From an uncultured delta proteobacterium (GTDB taxonomy: Bacteria; Desulfobacterota; Desulfobaccia; Desulfobaccales; 0-14-0-80-60-11), in assembly GCA_963701845.1 (NCBI GenBank), contig CAVPBF010000006.1, positions 477,084-541,083 of the forward strand: a stretch of 64,000 nucleotides of DNA, given 5' to 3'. Below the pieces are notes generated by a model, which had not been told where the DNA came from, ran no database searches, and saw nothing but the letters and a program-made list of their open reading frames with translations. The translations under genes were made by a program, and so were the position numbers. Numbering within the stretch: the stretch's first letter is position 1; the number at the start of each line of letters is the position of its first letter. Below are positions 17,231 to 27,928 of the stretch, piece after piece.

Positions 17231-20173
17231 TCAGGCGGACCGGAGAAACTCTTTGGCCAGGCGCTCCCAGCCTAATTCGGGGTACTGACCGTAGACGTCG
17301 TCGATGATCACCCCGCCGGACTGGAGAGTGGCGCCCACCGAGGGTTCCAGCATTCCTAGGAGCCTGAGGGACTCCTCTTCGATCCAGGCGGCGTTGCCCT
17401 CGCCAAAGGTCAGCTTTTCCAGGTCCGGCTTCAGGTTGGTGGCGGCCACGACCAGCAGCCAGCCCTCACCGTAAGGGTCGTCATGGGCCAGTTCAGGTCT
17501 CGCCAGGACCTGGGGATTCACCGCTTCGACGACACCGTCCAGAGGCGCCAGGACCGCGGCCGTTCCTCCCTGGCGACCCAGCGCCAGCGCCGCCTTATCA
17601 CGGCGAATTTCCTCCCCGATCACCGGCAGCCGAATTTCATCGCCGGGCCCCAGGACCTTCTGGGAAAAGTCATCCAGACCCAGGCGCACCCTGCCGCCAT
17701 GCTCCAGAGCCACCCAGGTATGACCCCGGTGGAGGTAACGGGAAGTCGGGACCTGCAGGCCGAAGACTTCCTCAAGTCGCTCGACCAGCTTGGCTAAATT
17801 GACGGCACACCCATGGTAGGCCGGCATCCCGGCGATGGGGTCCAGAGGCGAATTGACGAGGCGGTTAACCACGTCCTCCAGGAAGTGCCGCGGCAGGAAA
17901 GCCGCGCCCGGCCTGACCCGAGCGCTCATCCGGGCGGTGGCCGTGATGGCGCCCTGGCGGCTGCTAAACCTGATTGGTTCTCCCGACTGAATCCCCAGAT
18001 CCCGGGCATCCAGGGAATTGATTTCGATGCAGACCTCGCGGTCTTCCCGGGGGAGGGCGGAGTAACGCGGCATCCCGGCGCCGGTGAGATGCGGGGTGAA
18101 GCTGCTTCCGGTCGTCAGCCAGAAAGGATAGGCGGCGTCCGTTGCCGCGCTCTTTTGGCTGAGGTTGGCCAGCAACTGGTCCACCGCGTTGATCAAATCC
18201 CGGGGGGCGTTGGCGGCCAGGGAATGAAATAACAACCGGCCGGGATCGATGCCGGCCTCAGCCAGAAGCGTCTGCACCTGCTCCACCCCCCATTCGGCAA
18301 ACCGGTTGCCATGGGAAGATTGGCAATTTTCCCGGGGGCAGGAAAGGACCATCACGCCGTCGGCGCCCGCGGTGAAGGCCTGCAGCAAATAATCGGGGTC
18401 AACCTTGCCGGCACAGGGCACCTTGATGGGAGTGAAGCCCAAGGGCAGAGAGGCCTGATTCTGCTTCACCGCGGTTTGATAGGCTTCCCAGGCAGAGTTG
18501 CGGCACATGAAGGCCACGATGCGGGGGCTCAAGAGGGGGTCGAGGGTCGCCAATTGAGCCGCAAGCTGTTCGTCGGTGAAATTCCGGACCTGGATGGCGT
18601 CATTGGGGCACTGGCTGGCGCAAATGCCGCAGCCCTGGCAGGCCAGCTCATTGATAATGGCCCGATTGTCCCAAGTTATGGCGCCGTGAGGGCAGAGCCG
18701 GTAGCAGGTCAGGCAGAGGACGCAGCGGCCGCGGTCCACCGCGGCCCACCCCTGGGGAGCGACCGCCTCGCCCCGGCCCAGGAGGGTTTGAATCTCATTA
18801 ACCGCGGCGCTGACATCGGTGTTGGTCTCTTCCAGGTCCAGGATCCCCCGGCCCGGTCCGATGACATAAATGCCCCGGCGGGGGGTGGCCACCGGGGTGT
18901 GGTGCACGTTGCCGGACTGGAGAAAGCCCCCGGAGCCTAAGGGGAGGCGGAGCCGTTCGGCCAGCCCGGCGTTTGCCGCGGCGGCCTGGTAGGATTCATC
19001 GCAAGCCACCAGGTCAACCGCCAGACCCAGGTCCTCGCGGATCGTCGGCTCAAAGAAGCCAACCACCAGCCCCTCGTCCAGCACGCTGACGGCAGGAGAC
19101 TCGCTCAGCTTGATGAGCAGCATCCCGGCTTCCTGGTTGGCTCGCAGGGCCCGCGCCAGGCCCGGGCCCGCCAGCTTGGTGTTACCCACCAACAGGTAAA
19201 CCCGGCTGCCGGCCGCCAGCAGGCGGGAGGCCGCCTTGAGGGCTCGACCCAGGGCCAGGGGATGGCTCTCCCCCGCCAGGCCCACCAGGAGCGCGGCAGT
19301 TTCCGGGATTGGCGCTTCGGAGCCGCGGCTCAACCGCGCTTCCAGCCGGGTCTGGGAGACCACCCCCGGATGATCGGGGACGCGATAGCGGTGGGGGGCA
19401 GCTTCCATTAGCTGCAACTCGGGGGCCAGCACCAGCGCGCCAACCTGCTCGGTCACGCGGCCGTGCGGGGTATCCAGCCGCAGGGTAAAATTGCCGGTAA
19501 CGCCGCCTAGATCAACGATTTGGGCGGCACAAATCGTCTTGATAAGAGAGTGTTCCCGGGCCTGCCGGACCAGCCGGGCCATGGACTCAGAATCAGCCGC
19601 ACCTTCAGCATCCTCCAAGGCGAGGGGAGTGAGTCCCGGGTTGGGGCCGGCCAGAATAACCGGGTAGCCCAGCTGGGCCAATTCCCAGGCGGCTTGCAGA
19701 CCGGCGGCGGAATCACCCCAGACCAGGACCTGACGGGAAACGGGGATAGATTGAGGGACCTGGGGCCGGGCCCGGCTGACTTGCGAGGCCGCCAGGCGCA
19801 CCATTTCCAGAGCTTTGGCGGTCCGGGAGCCCGGGTCCGGGTGGCCCAGGGCCGCGGTCAGGTCCACGTGCATGAGGCATTCCGGGTTCAGCCCCAACTC
19901 GCCCGTTAACAGGCGGGCCACGCCGGCCCCGCGGTGCTCCGGGTCTTGGGCCGCGAGGACCACGGGATTTAGCTCCCGGTCCTGGCTCAGGAAGCGGCGC
20001 ACCAGCTCCTCTTGCTCGACGGTCGGCAGGGCCGGATCTACCGGCAACACCCGGCAGTTCGGCAAGTTCGCCACTGCCTGGGAAAAGTCTTGGGGATCGA
20101 GGCCGGCGCTAACCAGCTCCGGGCCATGCAGCACCAGGACATTCACCGGTTTCAACGCCTCGGAGAGATTCAT
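17231..20173 (-). CDS. multidomain redox fusion: degenerate HdrA-like module, 2x[4Fe-4S] ferredoxin, MvhD, FwdD-like molybdopterin-dinucleotide-binding barrel, GcvH-like domain
   Basis: Start set at MNLSEAL (ATGA overlap with the upstream stop at 20170). Ferredoxin CVLCLTCYRLCP/CQGCGICASQCP (about 18584-18736). MvhD RIVAFMCRNSAW...ADGVMVLSCPRENCQ (about 18164-18532). Molydop-binding-like EVCIEINSLDARDLGIQSGEPIRF (about 17789-18136). GcvH-like LHRGHTWVALE...DDPYGEGW (17234-17776). Confidence 0.75.
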   Translation of the reverse strand: MNLSEALKPVNVLVLHGPELVSAGLDPQDFSQAVANLPNCRVLPVDPALPTVEQEELVRRFLSQDRELNPVVLAAQDPEHRGAGVARLLTGELGLNPECLMHVDLTAALGHPDPGSRTAKALEMVRLAASQVSRARPQVPQSIPVSRQVLVWGDSAAGLQAAWELAQLGYPVILAGPNPGLTPLALEDAEGAADSESMARLVRQAREHSLIKTICAAQIVDLGGVTGNFTLRLDTPHGRVTEQVGALVLAPELQLMEAAPHRYRVPDHPGVVSQTRLEARLSRGSEAPIPETAALLVGLAGESHPLALGRALKAASRLLAAGSRVYLLVGNTKLAGPGLARALRANQEAGMLLIKLSESPAVSVLDEGLVVGFFEPTIREDLGLAVDLVACDESYQAAAANAGLAERLRLPLGSGGFLQSGNVHHTPVATPRRGIYVIGPGRGILDLEETNTDVSAAVNEIQTLLGRGEAVAPQGWAAVDRGRCVLCLTCYRLCPHGAITWDNRAIINELACQGCGICASQCPNDAIQVRNFTDEQLAAQLATLDPLLSPRIVAFMCRNSAWEAYQTAVKQNQASLPLGFTPIKVPCAGKVDPDYLLQAFTAGADGVMVLSCPRENCQSSHGNRFAEWGVEQVQTLLAEAGIDPGRLLFHSLAANAPRDLINAVDQLLANLSQKSAATDAAYPFWLTTGSSFTPHLTGAGMPRYSALPREDREVCIEINSLDARDLGIQSGEPIRFSSRQGAITATARMSARVRPGAAFLPRHFLEDVVNRLVNSPLDPIAGMPAYHGCAVNLAKLVERLEEVFGLQVPTSRYLHRGHTWVALEHGGRVRLGLDDFSQKVLGPGDEIRLPVIGEEIRRDKAALALGRQGGTAAVLAPLDGVVEAVNPQVLARPELAHDDPYGEGWLLVVAATNLKPDLEKLTFGEGNAAWIEEESLRLLGMLEPSVGATLQSGGVIIDDVYGQYPELGWERLAKEFLRSA

Positions 20174-21405
20174 GTCCTTGCCTCCAGATATTGGCGCACC
20201 TGGCGGACCGACTGGGTCGCCTGGGCGATGCATTCCAAAATGCTTTGAGGGCCGGTCGCGGTGCCGGCCAGGAAAACGCCCGGGGCTTCGCCGTTGCCTC
20301 CCTGCAAAAAGCCATCCGGCGTCAGTGACAGGTGCAGCATTGCCGCCAGCCTGGCATTGTCCGGCCCAGGGGCGATGCCCACCGCCAGGACCAGGAGATC
20401 GACCACCCGGGACAGGGCTTTGCCGCTGGCCTCGTCCAAAAAACGCAGCTTTAGACTCCCGTCCCCCGTGGCGTCCAGGTTGCCGGGGAGGGCCCGGATC
20501 AACTCCACTTCCCGCCGGGCGTCGGCCGCGAAATTCTGGGGATCAGGGCCAACATTCTGCAAATCCATGTAAAAAGTGGTCACCTGGCACTCCGGCCAAC
20601 GATGCCGGATCAGCCGGGCCAGGCGCAAGCCATAGGCGCAGCAGACCCGGGAGCAATACTGGTGCTCCTGGTCCCGGCTGCCCACGCACTGGATGAAGGC
20701 CAGACGCCGGACCGGCCGGCCGTCGCCAGGCCGGACCAGAGGCCCACCCTGCCGCATCATCTCCTCCAATTCCGAGCCGGTGATGACCTGGGGTGAACGG
20801 CTGTGAGCATAGACCGCCCGGGGAGCAGCCTGGGCAGGTTGATAACCGGTGGCCAGGATGAGGCTCGGGGTCGAAAGGGCCGCCACGGTCCCGGGCCGGG
20901 CCAGGTCGATGGCCCGGGTGGGGCAGAGGTCCTGGCAGCGGCGGCAGGAACCATCCTGAAAATAGAGGCAGGCGGCCGGATTCACGGCAAAGCGAGGATG
21001 ATTCTCAGCTGAGGGCGCGCTCAATATGCCCCCCTGGGCAGGACATTCGTCCAGGCAGAGACCGCAATTTATGCAGCTTTGGGGGTCGATGACCTGGGGT
21101 TGCGACTTCAAAGTCAGGTGCAGTAGACCATGGTCAGACCGGGTTTCCACCAGCTCCGTGTGCGCATACAGGGAGATCTCCGGTGCGGCAAGCAGGTCCC
21201 GCAAACCCTGTTCAACCCGGCAGGCCCCACATTTCTGGCAGACATCGGTGGCCTTGCAGCCGAAGCTGGCGGCCCGCCCGCCGAAAAAGGGGCTCTTCTC
21301 CACCAGGGCCACCGGGAGTCCCGCCCGGCTTAACTCCAAGGCCGCGGTAATCCCGGCGATGCCGCCACCCAGAACTACCACCGGATTAGTTTCAGCGTTT
21401 CTCAT
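20170..21405 (-). CDS. short HdrA/QmoA-like FAD-dependent oxidoreductase with inserted ferredoxin domain
   Basis: 411 aa with VVVLGGGIAGITAALEL dinucleotide fold, CINCGLCLDECP and CRRCQDLCP clusters, and the HdrA-type [20 protein letters not shown] motif. Confidence 0.75.
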   Translation of the reverse strand: MRNAETNPVVVLGGGIAGITAALELSRAGLPVALVEKSPFFGGRAASFGCKATDVCQKCGACRVEQGLRDLLAAPEISLYAHTELVETRSDHGLLHLTLKSQPQVIDPQSCINCGLCLDECPAQGGILSAPSAENHPRFAVNPAACLYFQDGSCRRCQDLCPTRAIDLARPGTVAALSTPSLILATGYQPAQAAPRAVYAHSRSPQVITGSELEEMMRQGGPLVRPGDGRPVRRLAFIQCVGSRDQEHQYCSRVCCAYGLRLARLIRHRWPECQVTTFYMDLQNVGPDPQNFAADARREVELIRALPGNLDATGDGSLKLRFLDEASGKALSRVVDLLVLAVGIAPGPDNARLAAMLHLSLTPDGFLQGGNGEAPGVFLAGTATGPQSILECIAQATQSVRQVRQYLEART

Positions 21406-21423
21406 GGGAGTTTCCTATTATTT

Positions 21424-22317
21424 TCAGGCACCCGCCGTCTCCAGAACCAGGGCCATCAAGTCGCCCCGGCCCCGGGCCTTCACGTAGACGCCGTCCGCGA
21501 GTTTTTCCTCTCTGATCTTTTTGAGCAGGCGGCCGGCCAGAGTCGCGCCCTTCCTTAAAATTTCTTCCTGATCATCTGCAGCCAGTTCTTTGACCACCTG
21601 GTCCGGCAGGGAATATACCTTCCGGTGTTCACCCCGGGCCGCCTGGTCCACTTCCGCGGCCTTAGGCACCTTGAGGCAGGCCAGCAGCTTCACCGTCTGC
21701 GGCTCCAGTGATTGCCGGAATTGACGGAGCTTCTCCAGGTCGAAAACAGGCGCGGTGATAAAAAATTCGGCTCCTGCCTCCAGCTTTTTCCTAACCTTAA
21801 GTTGCTGGGGACCCACCGGGTCGGCCTCAGGGATGAGGACCGCCCCCAGGCAGAAGTTGGGGTGGCCCTGCAGGGGAAGACCGGTGCTATCGTGACCTGC
21901 CATCATTCCCCGGGCAATTTGCAGCAGCTGCACCGAATCGGCGTCATAGACCGGCTTGGCGTCAGGATGATCGCCCAGGCTGACGAAATCGCCGCTCAAC
22001 GCCAAGATATTCTCCAGACCCAGGGCTCCGGCGCCCAGCAAATCGCTCTCCAAGGCCAGGCGGTTACGATCCCGGCAGGTCATGAGAAGCAAAGGTTCGC
22101 CCCCAGCTTCTTTGACCAGCCTGGCCGCGGCCAGGGCCGAGAGTTTCATCTTGGCATGCTCGTTGTCCGGAATCCCGAAGGCAGTCACCTTGCCATTGAG
22201 CGCTTTCAGCGGAGCCAGCATCCCCTCCAGATCGATCCCCTTGGGAGGTTTAATTTCCATCAGGATGGGGAACCGGCCGCCTTCCAAAGCTTCCCTGAGC
22301 TTACTCATGGACCCCAT
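21424..22317 (-). CDS. metF: methylenetetrahydrofolate reductase MetF (acetogen/Hdr-associated type)
   Basis: 297 aa MTHFR fold signatures (FPILMEIKPPKG, LLLMTCRDRNR, ENILALSGD). Directly follows metV. Confidence 0.85.
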   Translation of the reverse strand: MGSMSKLREALEGGRFPILMEIKPPKGIDLEGMLAPLKALNGKVTAFGIPDNEHAKMKLSALAAARLVKEAGGEPLLLMTCRDRNRLALESDLLGAGALGLENILALSGDFVSLGDHPDAKPVYDADSVQLLQIARGMMAGHDSTGLPLQGHPNFCLGAVLIPEADPVGPQQLKVRKKLEAGAEFFITAPVFDLEKLRQFRQSLEPQTVKLLACLKVPKAAEVDQAARGEHRKVYSLPDQVVKELAADDQEEILRKGATLAGRLLKKIREEKLADGVYVKARGRGDLMALVLETAGA

Positions 22318-22981
22318 ATCTCCTCTTATAACCCGGATGGATCACCGTCCCGGGGGTAGTGCCCGCGGCGTGAGGATGGAGCGGCAAGATCGGCTCGATC
22401 TGCCCCAGCCGTCCTGCCTGGGCCAACTTTTCATAAATCTCGCACCAGGCGCAGGCCCGGTCCGGATTGACCTCGCACTTCCCCTGGATGTTGCCGCCGC
22501 AAGGACCGTTGAGCAGCCCCTTGGGACACATGGTTTTCGGGCAAATCCCCCCGGTCACTCCCAGGTAACATTGGTGGCAGGCCCGGCAGCGCTCAGTGTA
22601 ATAGCCCGCGGCCTCGTTGACTCCGATGAAGGTGGTGTTGAGGGCCGGGAAGACCGGTTTCATCTGGGGCAGCGCGGCCAGAAACTGCACCCCGGCGCCG
22701 CAAGCCGTTGAGATAACCGCGTCATAATCAGCCGCGGCGTCGCCCAAGGGCCGGATAAATTCCAGGTCGCACTGGCGCTCCACCGTGATTTCCCCGATCT
22801 TCGGGTGCTTGCCAACTTGTCCCAGGGCCAGCTTCAGTTGCGAGGCCAGCAGGCCCACCTCTTTTTCGCCGCCCGCCAGGCACACCGCCACACAGGTGCC
22901 GCACCCGGCAATGAGGATCTTGTCAAAGGGGGCTACCGCCGCCTTGATTTCCGCAAAAGGTTTCCGCTCCGCGATAATCAT
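22301..22981 (-). CDS. metV: MetV, Cys-rich small subunit of methylenetetrahydrofolate reductase
   Basis: 226 aa with ILIAGCGTCVAVC and the C-terminal Cys cluster CRACHQCYLGVTGGICPKTMCPKGLLNGPCGG typical of the MTHFR C-terminal/MetV domain. ATGA overlap with mvhD. Confidence 0.8.
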   Translation of the reverse strand: MIIAERKPFAEIKAAVAPFDKILIAGCGTCVAVCLAGGEKEVGLLASQLKLALGQVGKHPKIGEITVERQCDLEFIRPLGDAAADYDAVISTACGAGVQFLAALPQMKPVFPALNTTFIGVNEAAGYYTERCRACHQCYLGVTGGICPKTMCPKGLLNGPCGGNIQGKCEVNPDRACAWCEIYEKLAQAGRLGQIEPILPLHPHAAGTTPGTVIHPGYKRRYGVHE

Positions 22982-23439
22982 CCTTGCACCGCCAGTTCTA
23001 GTTCTTCCGGGACCACCGCCCCTGGTTCCCGTATCGACACCAGGGGACTAGGGCCCAGAGCTTTAACTCTGTCAGTCATCTCTTTCACTGCGGCCACCCA
23101 TTTGGGGGCGTCCGAGGCGGCCACCTCATACATGACCAGGCGCTCCGCCCCCAGGCCGCACTCTTCCAGCAGATGCTGGGCGTATTCCACCCGTTCCCGG
23201 GCTCGGAGATTTCCCTCCAGGAAATGGCAACTCCCGGCCTCGCAGCCACTCACCATGATGCCATCGGCCCCGGCCTCAAAGCCCTTCAGGATGTGGATGA
23301 TGTCGATCCGGCCGGTGCACAGGTACTTGACGATGCGCACGTTGGCCGGGTACTGCATCCGGGCCGACCCCGCCATATCCGCGGCCGTGTAGGTGCAGTA
23401 GGTGCAAATCAAGGCCAGTATTTTGGGAGTAAATTCCAT
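22978..23439 (-). CDS. mvhD: MvhD-like [2Fe-2S] protein, Cys form
   Basis: ILALICTYCTYTAADMAGSARMQYPANVRIVKYLCTGRID...ADGIMVSGCEAGSCHF matches the MvhD/FlpD signature. Cys occupies the position that is TGA in the paralog at 38370-38900. Confidence 0.85.
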   Translation of the reverse strand: MEFTPKILALICTYCTYTAADMAGSARMQYPANVRIVKYLCTGRIDIIHILKGFEAGADGIMVSGCEAGSCHFLEGNLRARERVEYAQHLLEECGLGAERLVMYEVAASDAPKWVAAVKEMTDRVKALGPSPLVSIREPGAVVPEELELAVQG

Positions 23440-23448
23440 TTGTTATCC

Positions 23449-26400
23449 TCAACTCCTTGCGCCTAAGTCGACCGCGGGCCAGGGCAGCCCGATGGCCTCA
23501 ATTTTGGCAATGAATTGCTCGTCCAGGTTGTGCTTCACTGCAATGGCCTTCCGGGGGCAGGCGCTGGCGCAGTTGCCGCAGCCCTGGCAGGAGGCGGCGT
23601 CGATGACTACCACTCCTTCGCTTTCATCCATCCTGGGAACCCCGTAGGGGCAGGTGCGCACACAGGTGAGACAGGCGGCGCACTTGAGGGGGTCCACCTG
23701 GGCCACCGCTCCGGCCACGTACATCTCCTCCTGGGACAGAACCCCCAGGGCCCGGGCCGCGGCGCCCTGGGCCTGGGCGAGGCTTTCGTCCAGGAACTTG
23801 GGACCGTGGGCCAAGCCGCACAGGAAGATGCCGCTGGAGGCGAAGTCCAGGGGCCGCAGTTTCAGGTGGGCCTCCATGAAGAAGCCGTCGGCATCGAAAG
23901 GCAGCTTGAATACTTGGGCGATTTGCTGACTCACCGGATGAGGCCGGATGGCCGCGGACAGGACCAGGTAATCGGCCGGAAGGGCCAGGGTTGCCTGCAA
24001 CGACTGGTCGAAGACCGAGACCGTGAGGCCCTGGGCCGTCGCGGCCACTTCGGGTTGGCGGTCAGGCTCAAAGCGCACAAACTGCACCCCCAGGTCCCGG
24101 GCCTGCTTGTAGTAAATCTCCTTCAGGCCATAGGTGCGGATGTCCCGATAGAGGATGAAGACCTGGGCGTCCGGATTGAGCTCTTTGAGGGTAATGGCGT
24201 TTTTGACGGCCTCGCCGCAGCAGGTGCGGCTGCAATACTGGTGCTCCGGTGAACGTGAGCCGACGCATTGGATCATCACTACCCTGGGTGCGGTGTTTAC
24301 AACCTCCGGAGTGTCCGCCAGCAGGTTCTCCAATTCCATTTGAGTCAAGACTCGGGAATCCTGACCATAGAGGTATTCCGCCGGTTTATACTCCTCGCCC
24401 CCGGTGGCGACCACCACCGCGCCGTATTCCACTTCCCGGCGGCCGTCCGCCGATTCCACCGTACTCCGGAATTTGCCGATATGGCCGGAGACGTCCAGGA
24501 CCCGGGTGTTGGGCCACCAATCGATACGGGGATGGTTTTCCACCCGGCGCACCAGCTCCTGGAGATACGGCTGAATTGCATGGCCTTCCAGGGTGCGGCG
24601 CATTTCCCGGGCCAGGCTGCCGCCCAGCCGGTCCTGGGCTTCCGTCAGGTAGACCTGGTAGCCGCCGTCGGCAATGGTCAGGGCGGCCGTCAGGCCGGCC
24701 AGACCGCCCCCCACCACCAGCGCCTTCTGGGTTACCGGGAAGAGCAGGTCGCCCAAAGGCTCGAGGATGGCGGCCCGGGCTACCGACATGCGCACCAGTT
24801 CCCTGGCCTTCTCGGTGGCCAGTTCCGGGGTCCCCTGATGGACCCAGGAGTCCTGGTCCCGGATGTTGGCCATCTCAAACAGGTACTTGTTCAAGCCCGC
24901 CTTGCGCAGATTCTCCTGGAACAGGGGTTCATGGGTCCGGGGGCTACAGGAGGCCACCACGATCCGGTTCAGGTTTTCGGTTTCGATTACCCGGCGCATG
25001 TTGTCCAGAGAATCCGTGGCGCAGGTGAAGGTATAGTGATCGGTGTACACCACGCCAGGGAGCGTGCGGGCGTAATCGGCCACCGCCGCCACGTCCACCA
25101 CCCCGGCGATGTTGATGCCGCAGTGGCAGACAAAGACGCCGATCCGGGGCGCCGCCCCGCTGGTCTCCTTTTCCGGGGGGTAGGCTTCCTTGGTGAGCAG
25201 GGTGCCCCGGGCCTCGGCGAGCAGGGAGGCCGCCGCTCCGGCCGCGCCGGAGGCCTGGGTCACGGTCTCGGGGATATCTTTGGGAGACTGGAAGACGCCG
25301 CAGGTGAAGATCCCTTCCCGGGAAGTGGACACCATCTCCAGCGGCGGGCTCACGGCAAACCCCCAGCGATCCGTGGCGATATCGCAGTTGGCCGCCAGTT
25401 CCCGGGCAGCCGGATGGGGGTTCAGGCCCACCGACAGCACCACCAGGTCAAAGATTTCGGTTTGCAGCTGGCCGGACTCGTCGACGTAATTGAGCTCCAG
25501 ATTATGGCTGCTGGGGTCTTGGGCCACCCGGGAGATCATCGCCCGGATATAGCGCACCCCGTGGTCGGTCTTCGCCCGCTCGTAGTACCGGTCAAAGCCC
25601 TTTCCCTGGGCGCGGAAATCGATGAAAAAGATGGTGGGCTCAATATTATGGTCGTGCTCCCGGGCGATGATGGCCTGCTTGGTGGCGTACATGCAGCAGA
25701 CGTAGGAACAATATTCCCGGCCGCAGGAAGCGTCCCGGGAGCCCACGCACTGGATCCAGGCCACTTTCCGGGGCGGGGCGCCGTCGCTGGGGCGTTGAAC
25801 GTGCCCGCCGTACGGACCGGTAGCCGACAGCACTCGCTCGAACTGTAACGACGTCACGACATTGGGATAGCGGCCGAACCCGTATTCGGGCTTCTGGCCG
25901 GCGTCGAAAGGCCGGAAGCCCGGCGCCAGAATCATGGCCCCCACTTCAATTTGCCGGGTATGGGGCTGCTCCTGATGGTTAATGGCGCCGGCTTGGCAGG
26001 CTGACACACACTGCATGCATTCGGAACACCCGCCGCAATTGAGGCAGCGCGCCGCTTCGGCTAGGGCCTCCTGCCTCGGTAAAGCCCTGGTTGATTTCCT
26101 GAAAGCCCTTGACCCACTCGGCCGGCGGCAACTCCGGCATCACGGCCCGCGGCTTTTTGATGGCGTCGGCCGGCAGCGGAGTCCAATTGCCCTCTGCCTG
26201 GGGAATGGGGCGCAGGGGCAGTTCGCGCCCAGCTTTGAGGTCCTGGCCCTGGAGATAGCGGTCGATGGAGAGGGCGGCTTCCCGGCCCGCGGCCACCGCG
26301 GCGATGGCGATGTAAGGACCGGAGACCACGTCGCCCCCGGCAAAGACGCCCTCCCGGCTGGTGGCCAGGGTGTCCGGATCCGCCTCGATCAGGCCGCGGG

Positions 26401-27928
26401 GAGTGAGTTTGATGCCATCCGCGTCAGTGATGAATTTGAGGTTGGTCCGCTGGCCGATGGCCAGGATGACGATATCGGTGCTCCGAGTAGTGGTTTGATC
26501 TTCCAGATAGGTGGGAGCGAAGCGCCCTTGCGCATCAAAGACCCGTTCCACGGCCCTGAGTTCGAGGCCGCTGACCTTGCCCTCCCGAGCCAGGATCTGC
26601 TTGACGCCCCACCGGTGGCTGATCTCGATGCCTTCCTGCTCGGCCTCCGCCACTTCCCAGGAGGAAGCCGGCATCTCTTCCCGGGTTTCGAGCGAGATCA
26701 AGGTGACCTCGCCCCCCTGGCGCCGGGCCGTGCGGGCCACGTCCATGGCCACGTTGCCGCCGCCGACGACCGTCACTTTTTGGCCCTGGAAATCGAACTT
26801 TTGACCCGAGGCCGAGTCTTTGAGATATTCGACGCCCCAGAGGACTCCCTGGGCGTCCGCGCCGGGCACCGGCAGGCGGATGGAGTCTTGCGCCCCGACG
26901 CCCAGGAAGACCGCCCGGAAGCCTGCGGTGGTGAGCAGATCGTTGATGGTGCGGCCGGGGCCGCCGATGGGGGAGTTATAGTTGATCTGCACCCCCAGGC
27001 GCTGGATGTAGTCCACTTCCCGTTGCAGGACATCCTTGGGCAGGCGGTATTCCGGAATGCCGTAGCGCAGCCAGCCGCCGGCCGCCGCGGCGGCCTCGAA
27101 GATCACCGCCTGATAGCCTTGGAGGGCGAGATGATAGGCGCAACTTAAACCGGACGGCCCGGACCCGATAATGGCCACGGCCTCGGAGCGCTCAGGCACC
27201 TCGGGCACCGGCAGCGTCTGCCAGTCCACCGCATCGGCCACAAAGCGCTTCAGGCTGCAGATGGCCACGGGTTCGTCCACTTCCTGGCGCCGGCAGTCCG
27301 TCTCGCAGGGATGGGGGCAGATGCGGCCGATGGTGCCGGGGAGCGGCAGCCGGTCCAGGATGAGGGACAGGGCCTCGGGAAATTTCCCGGCCTTGATGAG
27401 CTGCACATAGCCCTGCACGCTCAAATTCGCCGGACAGCCACGCACACAGGGCCCCCGATCCAGTTTCTTGATGGCAAAGGTGGCCGGGATCGCCTGGGGG
27501 AAGTGCCGGTAGGCGGCATGGCGCACGCCCAGGCCTGCATCGAAAGACGAAGGCAGTTCCACCGGGCAGGCCTCGGCGCAGGCCCCGCAGGCGTTGCACT
27601 TGGCCCGGTCGATGTAACGGGGCTCCCGGCGGAGGGTGACGGTGAAACGGCCCGCCTCGCCTGCCACCGCGGCCACCTCGGACTGGGTGATGATCTCGAT
27701 GTCCGGGTGCCGGGCCACCTCGATGAGCTTGGGGGAGATCAAGCAGGTGGAGCAATCGTTGGTGGGGAAGGTCTTGTCCAACTGGGCCATGACCCCGCCG
27801 ATGGAGATGTCTTTCTCCACCAGATAGACCTTGAAACCCGCATTCGCCGCGTCCAGGGCGGCCTGCATGCCGGCGATGCCGCCCCCCACCACGGAAATGG
27901 CGCCGATTTTGGTGTGGTCAGTGGGCAT
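23449..27928 (-). pseudogene. hdrA: giant HdrA-GltD/NfnB-like-HdrA fusion (HdrL-like), Cys form, one frameshift as sequenced
   Basis: ORFs 25979-28138 and 23449-26016 are collinear with the intact paralog at 42146-46609. Start [22 protein letters not shown] at 27928 (TAATG junction with hdrB). Motif TNDCSTCLISPKL. The junction reads FTEA / EALAEAARCLNCGGCSEC, and deleting one G of GCAGGAGG (about 26070) restores the frame. The first ORF ends in TAA, so this is not a Sec codon. Confidence 0.85.

Noticed and set aside
25979-26016. The split between ORFs 25979-28138 and 23449-26016 as another selenocysteine site.
   Set aside because: The upstream ORF ends in TAA in a shifted frame. The protein alignment to the paralog is restored by removing one G, not by reading through a stop.
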